Source: a virus
Lineage: Duplodnaviria > Heunggongvirae > Uroviricota > Caudoviricetes
Direction: 5' to 3' (one strand)
Virus record (IMG/VR): IMGVR_UViG_3300045988_013110
Span: 1 to 23,439 of that record
Length of the DNA stretch: 23,439 nucleotides
Numbering within the stretch: position 1 is the stretch's first letter; the number at the start of each line of letters is the position of its first letter. The position numbers and the translations under genes were made by a program. Under the pieces are notes generated by a model. That model was given only the letters and a program-made list of their open reading frames with translations. It was not told where the DNA came from and did no database searches. Positions 1-7,507 of this stretch are shown piece after piece.

Positions 1-57
1 TGGGAATGATTAACAGCTAACTCATAGCAACTCATTCCTATTCAGATACTAATTTAA

Positions 58-88
58 CCCTCTGTTTTTACAGAGGGTTTTTGTTTTT
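58..88 (+). terminator. rho-independent terminator, probably of the flanking upstream gene
   Basis: Stem CCCTCTG (58-64) / CAGAGGG (71-77), 6-nt loop, followed by TTTTTGTTTTT. Confidence 0.6.
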
Positions 89-136
89 ATGTATTCATTT
101 CTATTCACTCTACACCATATTTTTCGTCGGTACAGG

Positions 137-174
137 TGACGGTATTACCTTAAAGGTATACTCTCATACCGTCA
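137..174. promoter_or_regulatory. inverted-repeat cluster upstream of int containing one operator-like site (TTACC-TTAAA-GGTAT, 145-159)
   Basis: TGACGGTAT (137-145) and ATACCGTCA (166-174) form a 9-bp inverted repeat; between them lies a one-mismatch copy of the TTACC-N5-GGTAA motif. Confidence 0.35.
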
Positions 175-201
175 TGAAAATGGTTTCTATACGGGTGAAT
201 T

Positions 202-1452
202 GTGCTTACCGATACAAAATTAAAAAACCTCAAGCCGCAGGACAAACTGTACAAGGTCTCCGATCGTGACGGGCTGTATGTAGCTGTGCTTACGTCAGGC
301 ACGGTCTCGTTTCGCTATGACTACCGTATCAACGGTCGCCGCGAAACACTGGTAATCGGGCAGTATGGGCGTGACGGTATCAGCCTGGCAGAAGCGCGGG
401 AAGAACTGATTGCTGCAAAGAAGCTGCTTAAAGCAGGCCAGTCACCGGCTGCGGCTAAACGTGACGGTATCAAAAAGATTCGTGGTGCCGAGACGTTTGC
501 GGTACATACCGACAGTTATATGAAACACGTTATCCTGGCTGACAGTACCCGCGCAATGAAGCAGGCGGTGATCGACCGTGACATACTTCCGGTTCTTGGC
601 AACAAAATGATGGCTGAAATTACCACATCGATGGTTCGTGATTTGTGTGACCGGATTGTCGAACGCGGTGGTCGGGCAACAGCAGTACAGGCCAGGGAGA
701 TCATCAGCAGCGTATACCGTCACGCCAATGACCGTGGTCATGGTTTGTTTAATCCTGCGGCTGACATTAAACCTTCGTCTATCGCCATATTTAAACCACG
801 AGAGCGAACACTGACACCAGAAGAAATTGGCCTGTTCTTCCGCACGCTGGATGCCATTGGTGCTATGGGCACTATGAAAATGGCTTTAAAGCTGGTGCTT
901 ATCACTATGGTTCGTAAAGGCGAATTCACCAATGCAACGTGGGATGAAATAGATTTTAAAAAATGGACATGGACAATTCCTTCAGAGCGCATGAAGGGAA
1001 GCCGGGCGCACGTTATTTACCTGCCTAAACAGGCACAGGATATATTGGTTGGGTTGCAGATGTGCGCTGGTGGAAGTGAATATCTGGTTCCTGGTCGTTA
1101 CAATTTCCGGAAGCCATTATCTAATGCCGCGCTGAACTCTCTGATCGACAGAACGGTGAAAATAATAAATGAAGATGGTGAGCATATTCAGGGCTTCACC
1201 GTACACGATATGCGCCGTACAGCCAGTACGTTGTTGCATGAGGCTGGTTATCCTTCAGACTGGATTGAAAAGGCTCTGGCACATGAGCAGAAAGGTGTGC
1301 GCGCCGTATATAACAAAGCGGAATACGCCAGACAGCGCGCCTACATGTTGCAGCAGTGGGCCGATATGATTGATTCCTGGATTAACGGGGAGCATACGGA
1401 TCTGATTCCGTTCTCCCCGTCGAAGTTTGAGAAGTGGATGGCGGGGGAATAA
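202..1452 (+). CDS. int: tyrosine recombinase / phage integrase (P4-type)
   Basis: 416-aa ORF with GTG start. N-terminal arm-binding-type region (LTDTKLKNLKP...YRINGRRETLVIG) and C-terminal catalytic region (HDMRRTASTLLHEAG ... VRAVYNKAEY) are typical of P4-family integrases. Confidence 0.9.
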   Translation: MLTDTKLKNLKPQDKLYKVSDRDGLYVAVLTSGTVSFRYDYRINGRRETLVIGQYGRDGISLAEAREELIAAKKLLKAGQSPAAAKRDGIKKIRGAETFAVHTDSYMKHVILADSTRAMKQAVIDRDILPVLGNKMMAEITTSMVRDLCDRIVERGGRATAVQAREIISSVYRHANDRGHGLFNPAADIKPSSIAIFKPRERTLTPEEIGLFFRTLDAIGAMGTMKMALKLVLITMVRKGEFTNATWDEIDFKKWTWTIPSERMKGSRAHVIYLPKQAQDILVGLQMCAGGSEYLVPGRYNFRKPLSNAALNSLIDRTVKIINEDGEHIQGFTVHDMRRTASTLLHEAGYPSDWIEKALAHEQKGVRAVYNKAEYARQRAYMLQQWADMIDSWINGEHTDLIPFSPSKFEKWMAGE

Positions 1453-1455
1453 CGT

Positions 1456-1650
1456 TTAATTATTCTGCTGATTTTCTTCCATCTCGGCTTCTGCTGCCAG
1501 TGATTCAATTTTGTTTTCGAATATTGCTGACAGTGTTGCAAATTCAGCATCAGTGACAGCGGGAATTGGAACAAACCTGATCCCGCTGTGTGCAAGCATG
1601 TTTGCAGTTTCAAGGCATTTTCTTAAATCTGCTGGTGATGCCCTGTTCAT
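1456..1650 (-). CDS. hypothetical small protein (64 aa), translationally coupled to the methyltransferase
   Basis: Internal ATG at 1650..1648 overlaps the methyltransferase stop (ATGA). Acidic C-terminus (EAEMEENQQNN). Ends 3 bp from the convergent integrase stop. Confidence 0.45.
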   Translation of the reverse strand: MNRASPADLRKCLETANMLAHSGIRFVPIPAVTDAEFATLSAIFENKIESLAAEAEMEENQQNN

Positions 1651-2297
1651 GCAGCACGCTCCCGCCCCTGGTTGTCTGTTGGTGACAGCGGAGCATTGCT
1701 GAATGCATTTGTTAATCTGGCAATATCCAACGCGTATCCAGGGTGTAGTTGCACTGCCGGGTCTTCGCACTGATTACCCCAAACATCGAAACCATGAGAC
1801 GACTGGCGGGCGAACAGTTCAATGCGAGAAACATCGCCTAACAATTGCACAAGTTTTTCACGAACGATATCTGGCTTTCTTGAATGCTCAAGCCGCGGTG
1901 CGGTAAATGACTGAACGATCCCTGCATTAATGCGCGTAGGTAGTTTTCCATTTACCGCAAACAGGCAATCTTCACTATTGGCGCGAGTCATGTGTCCCAT
2001 ACCCATAACCAGTTTATCTGGTTGTCGACTACCACATTTTATCCACGTGAAGCCCTTCATGGTCATCAGACGGAATCCCCAGGCTTCAACAACTTTTAGT
2101 GCTTCGAGTGGTTGTGTTGGCACCCACCACATGGCCAACAGACAGTTTTCATCGGCCAAATCCCACACAGGAAGGCGGCAGATATCCAGCACACTCATAA
2201 CCGGATATTTAAAACCGGCACCGCGATTACCATCTGCGGCTTTGTCCCGGTATACCCAGGGTGGATCTGCATAGATTAGTGTGTATTTCTTAGTCAT
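1647..2297 (-). CDS. DNA N6-adenine methyltransferase (MT-A70 / Dam-like, orphan)
   Basis: Motif IYADPPW matches the DPPW signature of N6-adenine methyltransferases. ATG at 2297 preceded by GGGGTGG; no adjacent restriction endonuclease candidate. Confidence 0.8.
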   Translation of the reverse strand: MTKKYTLIYADPPWVYRDKAADGNRGAGFKYPVMSVLDICRLPVWDLADENCLLAMWWVPTQPLEALKVVEAWGFRLMTMKGFTWIKCGSRQPDKLVMGMGHMTRANSEDCLFAVNGKLPTRINAGIVQSFTAPRLEHSRKPDIVREKLVQLLGDVSRIELFARQSSHGFDVWGNQCEDPAVQLHPGYALDIARLTNAFSNAPLSPTDNQGRERAA

Positions 2298-2589
2298 AAA
2301 CCACCCCACAACATCCTATGCCGCTATAGTCGCCACGGCGAAGGCCGTTACCTTTTGTGATACATTGGTCCCTGCGAACCGCGATCCTTGCACGTTCAAC
2401 ATCACCAGAAGCAACATCCATACACTGAAGCCAAAGGTGAGCGGCAATGCGGAACTGCCCTTTTTTCTCTCTTTCAATCGCGCGTTTTTCGATCTCTATC
2501 GCCGCAGGAGTAACGGCGATAACCTTTGAAGGACGGCGCATTGAAACCTTGTTCATGTGATATTTTTCAAGTCGGCTTAACTTTCTCAC
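2290..2589 (-). CDS. hypothetical protein
   Basis: 99-aa ORF; GAGGG Shine-Dalgarno about 10 nt upstream of ATG 2589; stop overlaps the methyltransferase start region. Confidence 0.4.
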   Translation of the reverse strand: MRKLSRLEKYHMNKVSMRRPSKVIAVTPAAIEIEKRAIEREKKGQFRIAAHLWLQCMDVASGDVERARIAVRRDQCITKGNGLRRGDYSGIGCCGVVYD

Positions 2590-2698
2590 TTAATCCAACC
2601 CTCTCTGAAAATTAATGCCAGCAGATAAAGCCATGCTGAAACAGAGGCCAGGAATAAGTACCATCCTGACCATTTGCTCCAGTGCCTTAGCAGCACAC

Positions 2699-2947
2699 TC
2701 ATGCAGCGTTTCTCACAGGACGATATACACGTTGCTGAACAGGAGGCTTTTTACCCTGGAACTCTGCCGGGCTTGCTGCCTGACGTTCATCAAGCCAACG
2801 CTCAACTTCGTCACGGTTCCATGCGCAGCGTTTGTCAGTGATATACCAGCGTTTAGGAAATTCACCTGCGCGCTCCATACGGTCGATAGTGCTCCATGAC
2901 AGTGGCACCACCGCCAGGAGTTTCTTCTTATCTAATGCACCTTTCAT
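2699..2947 (-). CDS. AlpA-family DNA-binding protein / probable excisionase
   Basis: Core LSWSTIDRMERAGEFPKRWYITDKRCAWNRDEVERWLDER resembles AlpA/Xis-type HTH proteins that pair with P4-type integrases. GAGAGG Shine-Dalgarno upstream of ATG 2947. Confidence 0.65.
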   Translation of the reverse strand: MKGALDKKKLLAVVPLSWSTIDRMERAGEFPKRWYITDKRCAWNRDEVERWLDERQAASPAEFQGKKPPVQQRVYRPVRNAA

Positions 2948-2996
2948 AAATACCTCTCTTGGTTGCAGTGCGGCGCGTGTGGCGCCGCGGTGGTGG

Positions 2997-3914
2997 TTAC
3001 ATAGATGTTTCGTTTAATTCTTCCCGACGAACGCTGTAAACGTCGGTGGCTTTTGCCAGCAGTTCGTCATCATCTGAAAGTTTTTGTGCAATGTATTTGT
3101 AAGCCTTATCCAGTTCGGAGACAGTGCTGTAATTCATCGCTGCGCTGGTAAAGGCCATCAGCACTTCTTCTGGATCACGGCTATCCGCTTTACGCGTTTG
3201 CTCATCATGCTTTTTCACTGGTTTAGCGTTGATCAGACTGTTCATGCTGGATGCTGTGCCGTGCTTTGCCTGACTTCTTGGAGTTACGTCACGTTCAATA
3301 ATGTCAGGTGAGTCGATATATTTACCTTCCATTTCCTCAGCTGTGGCTTGTTGACCAATCTCCGGCCATGCTTTACGTAATGCCTGTGCCTCTGCGCATT
3401 TTGCCAACTGCGCATAAGGGCGCTTTTTCCACATGGCATTTGGTGCCGATGTGTCACGCCCCCCAGTTGCATAGTTCTCAATCCAGTATTCTTTGGCGCT
3501 AAACTCTACGATTTCCCCGCTTGCCATTCGCTTGCTGACGGTGTACTTACACCACTGAGGGAAGGTAACCTCCACGCCTGAAAGCGTTTGTGTTACATCT
3601 GGACCGAACTCAGGTTCATTAGCGCCTGCGTAATCGCCGGAACGGTAGGCCTGAATGCGATAAAGTCCAATGCCAGGCATGACCACGTCGCGCCATTCAT
3701 TCTTTCCACTCTTCGAGTCTTTAACACTCATTGGTACCAGGTGTACCGGCTTAAGAAGAGGATCGAGTTGACGCGCCCGGCAGTAATCGACTGCCATCAT
3801 TACCGATTCATCTTTTGCCCCAGGGTAAATACTGTTTTTCAGAGCGCTCCATGTAACTTCATCGATTCCCCGAATAGCCAACACATCATTGGTGATTGCA
3901 ATTTCGTTGCTCAT
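2997..3914 (-). CDS. RecT/Red-beta family single-strand annealing protein
   Basis: Segments HLVPMSVKDSKSGKNEW and AMWKKRPYAQLAKCAEAQALRKAWPE resemble the RecT family by recollection. ATG 3914 overlaps the exonuclease stop (ATGA). Confidence 0.8.
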   Translation of the reverse strand: MSNEIAITNDVLAIRGIDEVTWSALKNSIYPGAKDESVMMAVDYCRARQLDPLLKPVHLVPMSVKDSKSGKNEWRDVVMPGIGLYRIQAYRSGDYAGANEPEFGPDVTQTLSGVEVTFPQWCKYTVSKRMASGEIVEFSAKEYWIENYATGGRDTSAPNAMWKKRPYAQLAKCAEAQALRKAWPEIGQQATAEEMEGKYIDSPDIIERDVTPRSQAKHGTASSMNSLINAKPVKKHDEQTRKADSRDPEEVLMAFTSAAMNYSTVSELDKAYKYIAQKLSDDDELLAKATDVYSVRREELNETSM

Positions 3915-4732
3915 ACGTACATATCCTGTTTGCGTGCCCACTCAGGGCGTTTAATAATTTCCACGCCGCCCCATTCATCGCTGATGCGGCATTCGTGATA
4001 GGTATTCAGATCCCGGCGGAACAGAGCGTGCCCGGCATCGACATCCGGCGCATCCAGCCCGAACACGCGTACCGGATACCGACCACAATCAATGCTTTCG
4101 CTCACGGCAAGAAAGAAAAAACCATGCGGCTGACCAGTAACCCTCATTGCGCCTTCGCGGTACATTGCGTCCTGCACGTGGTAGCGGAATTCCTCGATGT
4201 GACGTGCAAAACGGTCCATATCTGCAACCTTTTTCACGTCGACGATCACGTTGTGCTCGTTCAGCCATTTGTCTGGACGAATTCGGCACAACTCACCCGT
4301 CTCTTCATCGTTCCAGTACATTGATGCTTCGCAGTAACCAGGTGCTTCCAGCATCCAGCGTGCCGCCGGGTGAGCCATTGCGCTATCACGCATCAGCTCC
4401 AGTTTCCGCCACTGCTCGGCATCAAGTACCGTAATCCCCATATCCGCTACATCACGAAGAAATGCTTCTTCGTCAGCTTTACCTTGTTTCGTCCGACGAT
4501 CGAACTTCGGTGAAACAATGAAGCGTTTGTCGAATTCTCCAGGCTCCAGAAGCAGACAGTGCAATGCGGTTCCCATATCCAGTGCAGACTTTTTCTCTTC
4601 GTCTTCTGGTGCTGCCTGAACCCATTTAAGAAGCGCCGGATTCTTGGCAACCATGTCCAGTTGCGACTTACTCACGCCGTCACCGGCGTGGTAGTCTTCG
4701 TTGCTGATGTCGAAATAAATTCCCGGTTTCAT
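3911..4732 (-). CDS. RecE-type recombination exonuclease (PD-(D/E)XK fold)
   Basis: N-terminal GIYFDISNEDYHAGDGVSKSQL and downstream acidic/Lys residues resemble the RecE C-terminal nuclease domain. Sits directly upstream of the annealase, as in RecET modules. Confidence 0.75.
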   Translation of the reverse strand: MKPGIYFDISNEDYHAGDGVSKSQLDMVAKNPALLKWVQAAPEDEEKKSALDMGTALHCLLLEPGEFDKRFIVSPKFDRRTKQGKADEEAFLRDVADMGITVLDAEQWRKLELMRDSAMAHPAARWMLEAPGYCEASMYWNDEETGELCRIRPDKWLNEHNVIVDVKKVADMDRFARHIEEFRYHVQDAMYREGAMRVTGQPHGFFFLAVSESIDCGRYPVRVFGLDAPDVDAGHALFRRDLNTYHECRISDEWGGVEIIKRPEWARKQDMYV

Positions 4733-5028
4733 GCCGCGTCCCTCTGTCCATCAAGCTGATCCGCCAGATCCCAGCGCGCTATAATTGCCATTGCCTCGCG
4801 CCGGTAGGCATCCATCAGTTCTTCGAACTCAGGGCTGTCTTTAGCAGCCTCCAGCACTTCCTGACGAACGCCTTTGCCTGTTACAACGTCGAAAGTTGAG
4901 GACAGTTGATGAAGTCGGATGCTCTCAATCAGTTCAACTTGTCGGTCATATAGCTGTTCTGACAGGCGGTAGTCCTTGTCGAATGCCAGCATGATTTTTT
5001 GAAGATTTTTCTGCTGATTAACGTTCAT
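4729..5028 (-). CDS. hypothetical protein, possibly a Gam-like host-nuclease inhibitor
   Basis: 99 aa from ATG 5028 with GGAGG Shine-Dalgarno. C-terminal DSPEFEELMDAYRREAMAIIA loosely resembles the lambda Gam C-terminus by memory. Stop overlaps the exonuclease start (ATGA). Confidence 0.4.
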   Translation of the reverse strand: MNVNQQKNLQKIMLAFDKDYRLSEQLYDRQVELIESIRLHQLSSTFDVVTGKGVRQEVLEAAKDSPEFEELMDAYRREAMAIIARWDLADQLDGQRDAA

Positions 5029-5030
5029 TA

Positions 5031-5183
5031 TCAGCCCTCCCATATCTCGTTATCGTTGGCTACATCGCGAGCTTCTTTGCTGACGAAAGCCCACTTAATG
5101 CCTTCCTGTAAGGTGCGGAACTTCCAGCTCATGAATCCGCATGCAGTAACGCAGTACCAACCGTTGATGATTTTCCACTGCAT
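5031..5183 (-). CDS. small hypothetical protein (50 aa), first gene of the leftward operon
   Basis: Translated by hand as MQWKIINGWYCVTACGFMSWKFRTLQEGIKWAFVSKEARDVANDNEIWEG. GAGGT Shine-Dalgarno 8 nt upstream. Below the length cutoff of the ORF track. Confidence 0.35.
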   Translation of the reverse strand: MQWKIINGWYCVTACGFMSWKFRTLQEGIKWAFVSKEARDVANDNEIWEG

Positions 5184-5189
5184 AACTTG

Positions 5190-5279
5190 TTACCTCGGTC
5201 TGTTACCGTTGGGGTAATAATTATGCTTATTTGGTTTGGTGTCAATAGATATGAGTTAAAAAAATTACCCGTAAGGTAA
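5190..5279. promoter_or_regulatory. OL-like operator pair plus half-site upstream of the leftward operon
   Basis: Perfect TTACC-N5-GGTAA at 5203-5217 and 5265-5279 (centres 62 bp apart), plus a TTACC half-site at 5190-5194. Confidence 0.55.
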
Positions 5280-5291
5280 TCTATCTGGCAA

Positions 5292-5315
5292 TAAAAAAGC
5301 CGCCATGAGGCGGCT
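5292..5315 (-). terminator. rho-independent terminator downstream of the repressor gene
   Basis: Stem GCCGCC / GGCGGC with loop ATGA; on the minus strand it is followed by TTTTTT. Confidence 0.6.
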
Positions 5316-5336
5316 TACTTACTGAAAACTATAGTT

Positions 5337-5921
5337 TTATTGTTTGCTTTTTTCGTTCTGGTTGATGACAAATTCAATGTAACTTTCGATCTTTGCTTTC
5401 TCGGTTTCGGGTAACAATGCGTAGCGCGAGCGATCATAGTTGATGGTCGCAGGGTCGTGCGGGTGAATCAGTAATTCATAGCCGTGACGCCCGAATGCGG
5501 ATGCAACATTCTCCAGGGTGGAAATGGAAACGCTGACCTCATTGTTTAACAGGCGACTGATTGTCACCTGGGCGACGCCGGATGCGCGGTGAAGTTTTCC
5601 CTGCGTTGAAAGGTCGCGGCTTTCGCTCATCCAGCGTTCCAGGTTGTGAGCCGCCAGCTGACCAATGTCGCTTGGGCCGACAGGCTGAAAACCTTCCTGA
5701 GAAAGCGAGCGATCGATATCAAGCCAGTTACGGGGTTTATTGGCGGCAGCTTCAATTTTTCGCGCAACCTGGTCGCCGATAACCTTCTTGCCAAGAGCCC
5801 AGCGGTTTACCAGATTTGCCTGAGTTCCAAGTTTTTCTGCCATCCGCGTCTGAACACCATTGAATTCACGGTCGATCAAGTCGTTGAGATTTTGCCTGCG
5901 GACGTCCTGGATACTTTTCAT
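5337..5921 (-). CDS. prophage repressor (CI-like) with two HTH regions and no obvious S24 peptidase domain
   Basis: Two XRE-type HTH stretches (MAEKLGTQANLVNRWALGKK and ASGVAQVTISRLLNNEVSVSISTLENVA). No GDSM-type Ser/Lys autocleavage motif seen. Divergent from a Cro-like gene with operators in between. Confidence 0.7.
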   Translation of the reverse strand: MKSIQDVRRQNLNDLIDREFNGVQTRMAEKLGTQANLVNRWALGKKVIGDQVARKIEAAANKPRNWLDIDRSLSQEGFQPVGPSDIGQLAAHNLERWMSESRDLSTQGKLHRASGVAQVTISRLLNNEVSVSISTLENVASAFGRHGYELLIHPHDPATINYDRSRYALLPETEKAKIESYIEFVINQNEKSKQ

Positions 5922-5976
5922 TTTCTGGAAAATCGCCTCATATATGAATCAGTAGATGATTCAATTTAAAGCAATA

Positions 5977-6039
5977 TTACCCAACAGGTAAATGCACCCC
6001 ATAGGTAACTATCCTTGATTTTTGTTACCTTATGGGTGA
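5977..6039. promoter_or_regulatory. OR-like tripartite operator region between the repressor and Cro-like gene
   Basis: TTACC-CAACA-GGTAA (5977-5991), GCACC-CCATA-GGTAA (5994-6008) and TTACC-TTATG-GGTGA (6025-6039) lie in the 154-bp divergent intergenic region. Confidence 0.6.
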
Positions 6040-6075
6040 ATATTTATTATCTGAAATAAATATCAGGCAATAGCT

Positions 6076-6306
6076 ATGAGCGATAACGGACATTTCGATT
6101 TCAAAAAGCACTGGCTTGCACTTACTCCGGATGAGCGTGAAGCCTTCGCACAGGAAGCCGGAACGACGAGTCACTATATCCAGACTCACTTAACAGGTAA
6201 GCGCAAAATGCCAGGTAAGGTATTGATGAATGGGCTTTTTAAAGCCTGTAAAACAAGACAATGGCTGCGCTCAAAAGCAGAACTGGCATACTTCTTCTAC
6301 TCATGA
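6076..6306 (+). CDS. Cro-like HTH protein
   Basis: 76-aa ORF divergent from the repressor; HTH-like stretch TSHYIQTHLTGKRKMPGK; followed by a terminator. Confidence 0.55.
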   Translation: MSDNGHFDFKKHWLALTPDEREAFAQEAGTTSHYIQTHLTGKRKMPGKVLMNGLFKACKTRQWLRSKAELAYFFYS

Positions 6307-6327
6307 TATCCAGCCACAACCCTCTGT

Positions 6328-6351
6328 AGACCGCCATCCGGCGGTCTTTTC
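6328..6351 (+). terminator. rho-independent terminator after the Cro-like gene
   Basis: Stem AGACCGCC / GGCGGTCT with loop ATCC, followed by a short T-run (TTTTC). Confidence 0.5.
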
Positions 6352-6362
6352 ATATCTATTCG

Positions 6363-6377
6363 CACCTAAAAGGTAAC
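6363..6377. promoter_or_regulatory. operator-like site (GCACC-TAAAA-GGTAA) ahead of the replication operon
   Basis: Same left-half variant (GCACC) as the OR site at 5994-6008; lies just downstream of the terminator at 6328-6351. Confidence 0.4.
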
Positions 6378-6457
6378 AAAAAACCAAATCTGGTTGATCT
6401 TTTTTTTTGTGTCAGCACAAAATGACCGTAATCCCAATACTAATAACAGGGCTTACC

Positions 6458-6658
6458 ATGGAAATCATTACACGTATTGATGCCGCAAAGCGCGGACTTA
6501 AACGCTACTACACCGGAAAACCATGTAAGCATGGACATGACAGTGAACGCTGGGTTTACAACGGACACTGTGTTGAGTGCACCATGGAATCAAACCGTCG
6601 CATCAGGGCAGAGATTAAGCAGATCATGATTAATTCCTCCCCACAACACTCAAGCTGA
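6458..6658 (+). CDS. hypothetical Cys/His-containing small protein
   Basis: Start taken at MEIITRID (the upstream ATG at 6407 has no Shine-Dalgarno). Contains CKHGHD...CVEC, a possible zinc-binding motif. Confidence 0.4.
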   Translation: MEIITRIDAAKRGLKRYYTGKPCKHGHDSERWVYNGHCVECTMESNRRIRAEIKQIMINSSPQHSS

Positions 6659-6673
6659 TAGCGGAGATTAATC

Positions 6674-7507
6674 ATGAGCAGACATGCAACAGATTGGGCC
6701 TGGGAGACAGATCCAGGTAGCTCATCATTAAAGCTCATACTGCTCTCGATGGCTGACAGAGCCGATGAATATAACCTCTGCTACCCCAGCATAGAACGCC
6801 TCGTTAAAGACACTTGCCTGAATAAAAAAACCGTGCAGGCCGGGCTTATATCGCTCATGAAAATGGGGCTTATTTCAGATACCGGAGAGAGAAAGGGAGC
6901 GACAAAAAGAGTGCGGGTTTTCTCTCTTAATATAACCAAAAACGGGAACATTAAAGGCAACCTAGAAGGGTGTAATGAACCCGAAAACGGTAATGTTCCC
7001 GAAAACGGGAATATACCCAAAAACGGGATGTTGAATGATCCCAAAAACGGGATGTTGAATGATCCCAAAAACGGGATCCAGAACCAGTCATATAACCAGT
7101 CATTTAACCAAGAGAGGGAGAGCAGGACAAAAACCGGGGATTCTGTGCCTCATGACCCCGGCGCAAACAACGCCGTGATGAATAACTTTGTTCCTCCTGG
7201 TGGGCCAGGGCAATTAGGCAAATTTGTCATGCATGAACAATGGCAGCCATCAGATGACTTTCTTCGGAAAAGCTCATTGCAGGGAATCTACCTGGACAGT
7301 CTGCCAACGGCACAGGAACTTGCAGAGTTCAGAATTTACTGGATGGCTGAGGGTAAGGCATACCATCAGGCACAGTGGGAGCAGAAGCTGGCAAGGCGCA
7401 TCCAGTTCTGTAGACAGAAATCAGGTGAAGTCAGAAAGAGCCTTGACTGGCATAACACTGACTGGATAGATGAGGTGTGGGATGAAATCAACTCCAGAAC
7501 TTCTTAA
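6674..7507 (+). CDS. replication initiation protein (HTH N-terminus, DnaT-like C-terminus) with embedded iterons
   Basis: N-terminus (WAWETDPGSSSLKLILLSMADRADEYNLCYPSIERLVKDTC) resembles HTH domains of phage replication initiators; the C-terminal region looks DnaT-like. An iteron array lies inside the gene, as ori does in lambda O. Confidence 0.7.
   Translation: MSRHATDWAWETDPGSSSLKLILLSMADRADEYNLCYPSIERLVKDTCLNKKTVQAGLISLMKMGLISDTGERKGATKRVRVFSLNITKNGNIKGNLEGCNEPENGNVPENGNIPKNGMLNDPKNGMLNDPKNGIQNQSYNQSFNQERESRTKTGDSVPHDPGANNAVMNNFVPPGGPGQLGKFVMHEQWQPSDDFLRKSSLQGIYLDSLPTAQELAEFRIYWMAEGKAYHQAQWEQKLARRIQFCRQKSGEVRKSLDWHNTDWIDEVWDEINSRTS
6935..7104. repeat. iteron array, candidate origin of replication
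   Basis: Six copies of core CC(C/A)(G/A)AAAACGG(G/T) starting near 6936, 6980, 6998, 7016, 7040 and 7064 (spacing 18, 18, 24, 24 bp), then AACCAGTCAT twice (7082-7103). Confidence 0.6.

Noticed and set aside
2970-2988. GC-rich hairpin GCGGCGC-GTGTG-GCGCCGC between the annealase and excisionase genes as a terminator
   Set aside because: No T-run follows on either strand and the genes look co-transcribed; at most an attenuator or processing site.
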